DNA of 64,000 nt from Macrostomum lignano. Taxonomy: Eukaryota. The stretch is taken from contig NIVC01000384.1 in NCBI GenBank assembly GCA_002269645.1, forward strand, positions 310,001 to 374,000, read 5' to 3'. A model generated the notes under the pieces. That model worked only from the letters and a program-made list of their open reading frames with translations, did no database searches and was not told where the DNA came from. Positions 48,201 through 60,200 of the stretch are shown piece by piece (the stretch's first letter is position 1; the number at the start of each line of letters is the position of its first letter). The translations under genes were made by a program, and so were the position numbers.

Positions 48201-51200
48201 CACATTGGAGCACATTGGAGCACACAGGGAGCACATTGGAGCACACAGGGAGCACATTGGAGCACACAGGGAGCACATTTGAGCACACAGGGAGCACATT
48301 GGAGCACATTGGAGCACATTGGAGCACACAGGGAGCACATTGGAGCACACAGGGAGCACATTTGAGCACACAGGGAGCACATTGGAGCACATTGGAGCAC
48401 ACAGGGAGCACATTGGAGCACACAGGGAGCACATTGGAGTACACAGGGAACACATTGGAGCACACAGGGAGCACATTGGAGCACACAGGGAGCACATTGG
48501 AGCACAAACCTTGTCTCCCAGTTCGACCCAGGGCACGGTGAGAATAGACCTGGCGTAGGCGCTGGGCAGCTGGATGCTGTAGACCTCGCCGTGGCCAAGC
48601 AGATGCAGCTGCAGTTTACCAATCATGTTGACACCGATACTCATTCCCATGAACTTGCTCTTAGTATAGATGCTGGCATTCAGCCAAATCTGCTTCTGCG
48701 GACACTCCAGATAGAATGCGGTCACTGGCGGATGGTGCGAAACCTGCTCGGCCGTGTACACCAACTGGGTGCTGCCGTCGCCTAGTAACCAGGAGCAGTG
48801 GAAAGTCTCGCCAATTAGCGGGTTGTACGGCTTCTTGGCGATAGCGCCCTGAGTGAGTTGGTTGTACAGTATTAATTTTAATTAGAGGTAGGGAGCCGTG
48901 TGCACCCTAGCGCACTTTAAGAGGCATTACTGCCCATATCACCGACTCCCCTGAGCAGGCGCACAAGCACGCGGATACTTACGCAGTCATACGCACAGGC
49001 ACACACTCACAGGAGTTTACAGCGGCCCTGACTTTATTTATTGTTAGGCATGTAATGTACACTTCACTGCGCCTTGGGGGTTGGCCCTCAAGGGTGTAAA
49101 TTGCACGAGCAGAGCCAAGCCGAGATTCCAGTTTACGAGTAGACATCTAAGATAAAAATCACCTGACCAGTTTCTATAATAGCGATTTATTGCACAACAA
49201 TATTCTAATTTATCATCTATACTACTCACCCTTGGCTATCTTTAGTATGGCATGCAAAATTAGCATAAACAAAATGTTTACTACCAGGTGGTTGCACAAT
49301 AACAAAATGCATTTTTTACTTCTATTCGTTTTTTATAGCACTAATTGCCAGTATTTAACATATTCCCTGTCAGTGGAAATGAAGGCGATTTTCAGAGAGT
49401 ATCAGAGGCGATTTTCAGAGAGTATCAGGGGCGATTTTCAGAGAGTATCAGGGGCGATTTTCAGAGAGTATCAGGAGCGATTTTCAGAGAAGATCAGGGG
49501 CGATTTTCAGAGAGTATCAGGGGCGATTTTCAGAGAAGATCAGGGGCGATTTTCAGAGAGTATCAGGAGCGATTTTCAGAGAAGATCAGGGGCGATTTTC
49601 AGAGAGTATCAGGAGCGATTTTCAGAGAGTATCAGGAGCGATTTTCAGAGAAGATCAGGGGCGATTTTCAGAGAGTATCAGGAGCGATTTTCAGAGAGTA
49701 TCAGGAGCGATTTTCAGAGAGTATCAGGGGCGATTTTCAGAGAGGATCAGGGGCGATTTTCAGAGAGGATCAGGGGCGATTTTCAGAGTATCAGAGGCGA
49801 TTTTCAGAGAGTATCAGGGGCGATTTTCAGAGAGGATCAGGGGCGATTTTCAGAGAGTATCAGGGGCGATTTTCAGAGAGGATCAGGGGCGATTTTCAGA
49901 GAGTATCAGGGGCGATTTTCAGAGAGGATCAGGGGCGATTTTCAGAGAGGATCAGGGGCGATTTTCAGAGTATCAGAGGCGATTTTCAAAGAGTATCAGG
50001 GGCGATTTTCAGAGAGTATCAGTGGCGATTTTCAGAGAGTATCAGGGGCGATTTTCAGAGAGTATCAGGGGCTTCTAATAATAACTTCCACCCGTACTCA
50101 TCTTTTAGTGTTGGAACAGAGTTTAGCCTACTTAGGGTCCCAATGTCCCAATACCTATTTTTGCACAGAAAGACCCTTTAAACACAAATTAATAATGCAT
50201 TTATAATGCATTTATATATGGGATATTCAAAACAGATGTTATAATGCTATTATAAAGATGTTTTTAAAAGACTAATAACCAATAATGCATAGGAAAAAAG
50301 CCAAGCAATTAATAAGTTATTTAATGGAAAACAACACGACGCTAAAACAGCTGGTTAATTAGGCGCACTCACCTTCTTCGGGTTAAAAGTATTCTAAGAA
50401 AAAGCGACATTGTGTGTTAGAGGTTAGAACTGATGAAAAAGCGCTGCTATACGAGTCTAAGACACAAATATTTTAAACAATAAAATAAAAACATACATAC
50501 AAGTGAATTATTGCATTTTAAAAATACTTTAGTGAGACAAAAGCGCGCAAGACACACACGAGAGCGTTTATTCAATTGTGCTCAAGTCAAACGGGTAGGC
50601 TTGTGCGCAATAAAATCATTGTTGCGTAACTGGACTTTTCAAGATTGAGAATCATCATGACTATGAACTGTCAAGATTATGAACTGTCAAGATTATGAGC
50701 TGTCAAGATTATGAACTGTCAAGATTATGAACTGTCAAGATTATGAACTGTCAAGATTATGAACTGTCAAGATTATGAACTGTCAAGATTATGAACTGTC
50801 AAGATTATGAACTGTCAAGATTATGAACTGTCAAGATTATGAACTGTCAAGATTATTAACTATCAAATATTAAGAACTAATAAAGATGATGAATTATCAG
50901 GATTATGAATTAACGGCAGCTTATGAAAAGTTAAAATTGTGATGCTTGGATCTCCTCAAAGTTAAGACAGGATAAATATAATAACACTGAGACTCACCTT
51001 CCTGCCAGCGTGAAAGCTGGTCAGAAACCACTCCAGCACGGCAACCATACGGGACTCGGGATCCGGCAGGTCGGCAACCCGCAGGAACAGCTCCGGATGA
51101 AGCATGGAATCTGCGAACATCTCCAGTAGGGAGCGCTTCTCCAAGATGAAGGTCGGCAGCACAACCCTAGTAAGATCCATGCCGAGTTTGAGCTGCTGCA

Positions 51201-54200
51201 ACAGGTGCAAGATCACCGATTTGTGCTCTTCCACGCTGCCGAGATCCGACTCCAGCTCCGCCGGGCCGTCCTCTTCATCGTCGGCGTGCGGCACCGGAAA
51301 CAGCGGCGCCTCCAGCATCTCTGGCAGCGGCACCGAGGACAGGGGCCCGGGCGCCGACAGCTGCGGCGAGACCGACGTTGACGACGAAGACGCCACGGCT
51401 GGCAGATTGGTGGCACTGCGGGGCGGCAGATTAGTGGCTTGACCTGTCTGCCTACCAGACTGACAACCAATCCCACTGACTTATCTACCTGACAGCCTAC
51501 TAGCTTACCTACCTGCCAACCTACTAGCCTACCTACCTGCCAACCTACTAGCCTACCTACCTGCCAAACTACTAGCCTACCTACCTGCCAACCTACTAGC
51601 CTACCTACCTGCCAAACTACTAGCCTACCTACCTGCCCACCTACTAGCCTACCTACCTGCCAACCTACTAGCCTACCTACCTGCCAACCTACTAGCCTAC
51701 CTACCTGCCAACCTACTAGCCTACCTACCTGCCAACCTACTAGCCTACCTACCTGCCAACCTACTAGCCTACCTACCTGCCAACCTACTAGCCTACCTAA
51801 CTGACAACCTACTAGCCTACCTACCTGCCAACCTACTAGCCTACCTAACTGCCAACCTGAAAAACTACTAAACTAGCAACCTACCTATTAAAACTTCTAA
51901 CATATAACCAATCAACTTACCTACCAAAAAATCTAAGCTATCTACCTATCATTTATCTACCCTACCTTACCCACCTATCTCCGTCAACCGTCCCTAGCGG
52001 TTTCTCTCCGCTGCGTGTACCAGTCTAGGTTTTTATACTGACTGCATGCCTGTGTGTAAGGGTGCCTGTTTTTCTACTAGCTAACCTACAACCTACCTAC
52101 CTACCTACCTACCCACCTACCTACCTACCAACCTACCTACCTACCCACCAACCAACACATATGAATAACTAATCTATACTTTAGAAAATTTGGACTCTCA
52201 AATGTCCCAGCGCCAATTCTAAACCATGGCCAGAACAGTAGTTATTCAGACAAAAACCAGCGAAGCAAAATTGAGAATTTATTATCGCAACATTAGAAGT
52301 CGACTTAGCAACTGAAGGTGAGTACATGTTTTATGCAGATGGGAAGCCACTAGCGGAGCTTGGGGGAGAGAGAGAGCATAATCTTGACAGGTAGGCAGGC
52401 CGCACCAATCCATTAATTAATTAAAGCTAATTATCCCGAATCACTGACAGCCATATAAGGTCAGAGTTGCACAGACAGTAGAAGAGCAATAATCTAAGTT
52501 GCTATGGAAACCAACTGAGAAACTCAATCACACTAACTAGCTGTCCTAGACTTGCAGACGAGTGTCCATTAATTTTTAACAGTCAGTCAGTCAGCTGGCA
52601 ATACTGAGTATTTCACATATCACAGAGTGCACAGCGGCCCTGACTTTCTAATCGTCAGGCGCATGTACACTCTCTGCGCCTTGGGGGCTGGCCCTCATTG
52701 GTGCGAAAAGCATTACAACAACCCTCAGTCGGTCAATTTTCCTCATCATCATCTGTCCTCTCACCTGAGCGATTTCTGATCATTATTATTAGACCTGACG
52801 CCGGAGCCCGCAGTCAGGGAGGACGCGGCGCGCAGGTGCTGCAGCACAGGCAAGTCAGAGGCGCTCAGGTGCAGCATGTCGGATGATTCGTCAACTGCCA
52901 GCTGCGGAGTAAAAATGAAGGACATACCGAGTCGTAAATGCACTTTTTCGTTTTCAACTCCACAGTTAACTCAGCCGGTTGATTGGCAAACTAACTTACA
53001 TGCACGCGCAAGCTGAGCACACAGACAATAGAATGCCTTTAGTTAGCAAAGTGAAAGTATAAGTTCCTTTCTGTTTCGTAACTATTCTAACTATTGAAAT
53101 AAGAGAGCCACGGCCTCTCTAGGAAAAGTGGGACTGTGGGAGAAGTGGCTGAGGACAGCCAGATCAGTCCAGTAACTGAAGGGGATATTTAACACGGCTG
53201 AGAGGTGGGTAGGGGTGTGGAAGAAGAGTATTAACCCCTCCCCTCCCGCATGGAAAGCGCTCATCGTTGGACTTGGGACCGATGCCAACCAATTGGAAGT
53301 CGGCCAAAGACGGATTTAATCCCACTCAAATTCAACCTACTGTGTCTGTGAGCCTCCCCTCCCCCTCTTCTGCCTGCCCGTCTGGATAAATATAATAGAG
53401 GAAACACTCTTGCCGCCTGCCTAACCCAACTAAAAATGAGTTCTGGCGCGCCATCGGATTCAAAATAGGGACTTGAGGTACTCTTGTTGCTAGCATAATC
53501 TGAAACAGAACCGGAAATCCCCTAGGACAGAATTGGAAGAATTGGAGAAACAAACGCATAAGCAGTCGAGATGAGCAACCGGGGGGAGGACATTGAGAAT
53601 CGAGAGAAGTATTTCCGAGCAACTGTTCGCTTCCGTTGCTGCTGCTAAGCACTGGCCTAAATCCCGAGAGGAGCGAAGGAAGTGGTAGATGAAGAGGCAG
53701 AGCCGGGCGAGGGGAGGTGGGCCAAGATGGGGGCAGACGCGGGAGGCTGGAAGCGGGGTTTTTTATTTTATTTGAGTACGCGCTCAGGCCTAGGCGAACA
53801 GGCGGACAGACAAGCAAGTGAATGGTTTGTGTGTAGCACTCGGGGTTGGGGCCCACACTCATGATGCGCGATGAGGCCCAGGCGGATCGGAGGGAGACAC
53901 ATAAAATAAACATGAGCAAGGCTAGGATCGGCTAGGCTCGGCGGCAGGGCGAGGACGCCACTGGCGTTAGGGAAGTTCTTTGGTCGAACTGGACTACAAA
54001 CAGATCGATACCAATATATCCAATTAGTGGCTAGTCAGTACAAAATGCAACAAAGCGAAACCTTGGCGAGTAGGTGAATAACTGGATTAATCAGTGCCTT
54101 TATAAGTGCCTCCAACATCCACCACAGCTGGCAGAAGTCCTGAATCCACATCAGTAAGACAATCTTTATCTGTTTATAAGTGCCTCCAGTATCCACCACA

Positions 54201-57200
54201 GCTGGCAGAAGTCCTGAATCCACATCAGTAAGACAATCTTTATCTGTTTATAAGTGCCTCCAACATCCACCACAGCTGGCAGAAGTCCTGAATCCACATC
54301 AGTAAGACAATCTTTATCTGTTTATAAGTGCCTCCAACATCCACCACAGCTGGCAGAAGTCCTGAATCCACATCAGTAAGACAATCTTTATCTGTTTATA
54401 AGTGCCTCCAACATCCACCACAGCTGGCAGAAGTCCTGAATCCACATCAGTAAGACAATCTTTATCTGTTTATAAGTGCCTCCAACATCCACCACAGCTG
54501 GCAGAAGTCCTGAATCCACATCAGTAAGACAATCTTTATCTGTTTATAAGTGCCTCCAACATCCACCACAGCTGGCAGAAGTCCTGAATCCACATCAGTA
54601 AGACAATCTTTATCTGTTTATAAGTGCCTCCAACATCCACCACAGCTGGCAGAAGTCCTGAATCCACATCAGTAAGACAATCTTTATCTGTTTATAAGTG
54701 CCTCCAACATCCACCACAGCTGGCAGAAGTCCTGAATCCACATCAGTAAGACAATCTTTATCTGTTTATAAGTGCCTCCAACATCCACCACAGCTGGCAG
54801 AAGTCCTGAATCCACATCAGTAAGACAATCTTTATCTGTTTATAAGTGCCTCCAACATCCACCACAGCTGGCAGAAGTCCTGAATCCACATCAGTAAGAC
54901 AATCTTTATCTGTTTATAAGTGCCTCCAGTATCCACCACAGCTGGCAGAAGTCCTGAATCCACATCAGTAAGACAATCTTTATCTGTTTATAAGTGCCTC
55001 CAACATCCACCACAGCTGGCAGAAGTCCTGAATCCACATCAGTAAGACAATCTTTATCTGTTTATAAGTGCCTCCAACATCCACCACAGCTGGCAGAAGT
55101 CCTGAATCCACATCAGTAAGACAATCTTTATCTGTTTATAAGTGCCTCCAACATCCACCACAGCTGGCAGAAGTCCTGAATCCACATCAGTAAGACAATC
55201 TTTATCTGTTTATAAGTGCCTCCAACATCCACCACAGCTGGCAGAAGTCCTGAATCCACATCAGTAAGACAATCTTTATCTGTTTATAAGTGCCTCCAAC
55301 ATCCACCACAGCTGGCAGAAGTCCTGAATCCACATCAGTAAGACAATCTTTATCTGTTTATAAGTGCCTCCAACATCCACCACAGCTGGCAGAAGTCCTG
55401 AATCCACATCAGTAAGACAATCTTTATCTGTTTATAAGTGCCTCCAACATCCACCACAGCTGGCAGAAGTCCTGAATCCACATCAGTAAGACAATCTTTA
55501 TCTGTTTATAAGTGCCTCCAACATCCACCACAGCTGGCAGAAGTCCTGAATCCACATCAGTAAGACAATCTTTATCTGTTTATAAGTGCCTCCAGTATCC
55601 ACCACAGCTGGCAGAAGTCCTGAATCCACATCAGTAAGACAATCTTTATCTGTTTATAAGTGCCTCCAGTATCCACCACAGCTGGCAGAAGTCCTGAATC
55701 CACATCAGTAAGACAATCTTTATCTGTTTATAAGTGCTAATATCAGTAATAGTCAGGAATTATCACTAATATCAGGAATTAGACAAGCTAATGGAGCGGC
55801 AATTAGCCAAGACTTTTTAAACAAATTAAACTAGCTGTATGATAACCCTGGGGATAGGAAATTCAATTATCAGGAACAGAGTGGCGCAAATTAGCATTGG
55901 CAACGTGCCAGCAGTGCTGACGACTGCCTTTTGAAAGACAAAAAAAGATTAATCAAATTCACAAAGTCGATTAAATTGCGTTCAAAAAGCGAAAAAAGAT
56001 CCGTGCCACAGCAAGATAAGGAAAGCGAAGGAAAACCGCAATTTAAAAAATGAGGTCAAATAATACGCACAAAAAACTTAAATTCGAATTTTTTAAACAA
56101 AATACTGCAAAGTGTACTTATTACTCTTCTGAAAAGCAAATTTTCCTGCCAGACATTCTCCTGCCAGTGACATTTGCCCGTCAGTGACATACGACTGTCA
56201 GTGACATTTGCCTGTCAGTGACATTTGCCTGTCAGTGACATTTGACTGCCAGTGACATTTGCCTGTCAGTGACATTCGACTGTCAGTGACATTTGCCTGT
56301 CAGTGACATTCGACTGTCAGTGACATTTGCCTGTCAGTGACATTCGACTGTCAGTGACATTTGCCTGTCAGTGACATTCGACTGTCAGTGACATTTGCCT
56401 GTCAGTGACATTCGACTGTCAGTGACATTTGCCTGTCAGTGACATTCGACTGCCAGTGACATTTGCCTGTCAGTGACATTCGACTGTCAGTGACATTTGC
56501 CTGTCAGTGACATTCGACTGTCAGTGACATTTGCCTGTCAGTGACATTCGACTGTCAGTGACATTTGCCTGTCAGTGACATTTGCCTATCAGTGACATTT
56601 GCCTACCAGTGACATTTGCCTACCAGTGACATTTGCCTATCAGTGACATTTGCCTGCGAACCGTAGCTTTAAAGCTGAATTTAGACTACGCGTACATCCA
56701 AACCCGAATTTAAACCTCAAACTAAACGCTAACTATGTTCTTTATGCGTATAATGTGGCTACCCCAATACTAAAGTAGCAAGTGAAGTTAATAACTGTTA
56801 AAAAATGAGATAAAAAACAAGGCCCAGCATAAACTTACAGACACAGGTATCGCGTCTTTAAATTTGCTACTATTACTAAAAAGGTATAAGAAAAAATGCA
56901 ACAGAGTTTAATTGGCAAACACATCTAACCTCCCGGGGACAGGCACCTGGCTAATGCAAGTTAAAAAGCAATTTTAGCATACAATAGCTAGGCACAGCAA
57001 AAAACTGTACAGCAACCATGCAAAACTATCTTTTGTTAAAGCAATAACCAACTATGACTTAGTTAAACTATTCAATACTAAGGCAAACACACATACACAC
57101 ACACACAACTTACACTCCATATCAATATTTGAGGCTTTCCGTAGTTGAACATTTGATACAGAGAATTCACTAATAGACACAATGATAGTGAGGCACAGTA

Positions 57201-60200
57201 TGGTCTAAGTCAAGCACAGATGAGAACTGATAAGCTGATAAATGGAAGTTGATTAGAGAAGTTACGAGACTAAAGATAGCGAGTAGCAACTAAAAGCAGA
57301 CCTTTACTGAGCGCTTAGAAGCGGATATATTTATGAATTTTCATCGGCTGTTTACGTCGGCAATGAAGGGGCGGGCTAGTGAAACTGCGCGTGAAACAGA
57401 ACAAAAAAGATAGTAAAAAACATTAATGCTGTATCAAGTTATAGAATTGCGCAAAACAACTGATACAGGCTAGATATTGCATTACTTAACAGATTAGGAT
57501 TAAAATACTGCAGTTGGAAGCTACTGACTTTAGTCTTAGCTTTAATTTAATTTTATACTATATTTGCATTATTTTATATACTGCTATATTAATTATCACA
57601 TCGAAAGCAAACCGCTCTAGGAAACTAAGAGCATAGCAACTGGGGATCTGGAAGGCTGGCCCAGCAATTGAGGATCTGGGAGGCTGGCCCAGGAACTGGG
57701 GATCTGGGAGGCTGGCCCAGCAACTGAGGATCTGGAAGGCTGGCCCAGGAACTGAGGATTTGGGAGGCTGGCCCAGCAACTGAGGATCTGGGAGGCTGGC
57801 CCAGCAACTGAGGATCTGGAAGGCTGGCCCAGGAACTGAGGATCTGGGAGGCTGGCCAAGGAACTGAAGATCTGAGTGGCTGGCCCAGCAACTGAGGATC
57901 TGGGAGGCTGGCCCAGCAGGATCTGGGTGGCTGGCCCAGCAACTGAGGATCTGGGAGGCTGGCCAAGGAACTGAGGATCTGGGTGGCTGGCCCAGCAACT
58001 GGGGATCTGGGAGGCTGGCCCAGCAACTGAGGATCTGGGAGGCTGGCTCAGCAACTGAGAATCTGCGAAGTTGGCTCAGCAACTGATCTGGGAGGCTCGC
58101 CAAGGAACTGAGGATCTGGGTGGCTGGCCCAGCAACTGGGGATTTGGGAGGCTGGCCCAGCAACTGAGGATCTGGGAGGCTGGCCTAGCAACTCATACTT
58201 TACAAGAACGTGAGGAGTAAACTCACCGAACAGGGGTTCAGCTTCAACCGGGCGGTAGTCAGACTCTCTCTGCAGGACTCCAACGATCTGATAGCGGCCA
58301 GAGCAGTCGCCTTAGCAACCAGGACGTCTCTATCCAGACAGGCCAGCTGACGAGACTGCTGCTCAGCCGCCTCAGTGGCAGCCGGTTTACCACCTGGCAG
58401 AGAATATATCAGCGACTCCAGACCGGAAAATGCTGCCCCAAGGCTGACTGACAGCTCGCGCAAACTCGGCGCCGAAGCGTCGCCAGCGCCAGGCGGACGA
58501 CTGCCAGCGCCGCTGGTTTGATAAGCGACAGGAGCTGGGAAGTAGCTGACGTTGCCGCTCGAATGCGATTTGCTCACCTTGCGGTTGGCAACCGGGGCGA
58601 GGCGATCAGACTGCTCCATCGGCTGCTCAGAATGATCGGCAGATTGCGATTTCTGATGCAGACCCTGCTGCTGTTGCTGCTGCTGCTGGTCTTGCAGGGC
58701 CTGGTCGCAGGACTGACAGCCGTAGATATCGGGCAGAGAAGCCGGGTTGAACTGGAATTAAATGGTTTTAAAATTGACACAGTCGGATCAATGATTGAAT
58801 TTCTGGGATAATTGGGACGTATTTTCAATTCGGATTTTAAATATGACCTTCCTAATGCGAGTGAAATTCAAGATCCCAAGTTCTGTGAAAGTAAAAACTG
58901 CGGAATTACAGAAAATTTAATAAAATTATGAAAATCTGACCCCATATTCGGTAAAATTATGGAAATCTGACCCCATATTCTGTAAAATTATGGAAATCTG
59001 ACCCCATATTCTGTAAAATTATGGAAATCTGACCCCATATTCTGTAAAATTATGGAAATCTGACCCCATATTTAGTAAAATTATGGAAATCTGACCCCAT
59101 AGTCGGTAAAATTATGGAAATCTGACCCCATATTCGGTAAAATTATTGACATCGGATCCCATATTTGAATCTTGCTTGCAAATATTTGCTTTCAAATATT
59201 ATAAAGAAGCCTGTTCTGATTCTTGAATTCAAAAAAAAACTCTCGTCAATTCCATTTCAAAGTATTCCTTTTAAGCGAAACCTACTTTAGCAAAAAGCAT
59301 CTCTCTGTGTTTGAGAATTTGTTTCAATTTTATTTCTTTAGCGAAAGCTTTCAAGCAACTAACATCACCCCAAACTCCGTTACATGTATACAAAGGAAAA
59401 CTTGATCAACTAAAAAGCATAGCCACTCACACTGCCAAGCTGTTTGCACTGATCTGAACAGAATTCCGCTACAGCTCGGATTCTCGTCACCCAATACTGC
59501 CTCTCCTTGGCGTCGTTGGCTGCGGGAATATTTGCACTACTTACAGTAGGTCGGTAAAAGAATAAATTCATGGCTGTGAGGATATTTGCACTCTACTAAC
59601 AGTAGGTCGGTAAAATAATAAATTCATGGCTGTGGGGATATTTGCACTCTACTTACAGTAGGTCGGTAAAAGAATAAATTCATGGCTGTGGGGATATTTG
59701 CACTCTACTTACAGTAGGTCGGTAAAAGAATAAATTCATGGCTGTGGGGATATTTGCACTCTACTAACAGTAGGTCGGTAAAAGAATAAATTCATGGCTG
59801 TGGGGATATTTGGACTCTACTTACAGTAGGTCGGTAAAAGAATAAATTCATGGCTGTGGGGATATTTGCACTCTACTTACAGTAGGTCGGTAAAAGAATA
59901 AATTCATGGCTGTGGGGATATTTGCACTCTACTTACAGTAGGTCGGTAAAAGAATAAATTAATGGCTGCGGGAATATTTACACTCTCTAAGAATCAATTA
60001 ATTTCTAATATAAAAGTAAATGGATATACAGACTACGCCATTAAACTACGCAGATGCAATAGTCTTAAAAAACATTTTGCATACAGGCAAAATAAACATG
60101 AAAAAAGCAGACCGCTCACCCCTTAGTTTGAATACTTCTCCGGTGTTAGCGTTGACGCTAAAAGTTTGTGAATCCTCTTCGCTAGGAGTGACAATTGCGA

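Noticed and set aside
52640-52662. Hammerhead-like CUGACGA-UUA-GAAA on the minus strand of SINE copies (also near 40465)
   Set aside because: There is no stem II or stem III/NUH site. CUGAC is paired inside the hairpin and is not conserved in other copies (CUAACGA, CUAACAA).
53332-53919. 195-aa minus-strand ORF as a retroelement protein
   Set aside because: No RT, integrase, gag zinc-knuckle or endonuclease motif is visible.
54104-59985. CRISPR-like appearance of the 74-bp and 56-bp regular arrays
   Set aside because: The units are head-to-tail with no unique spacers, there are no cas genes, and the context is a eukaryotic intron.
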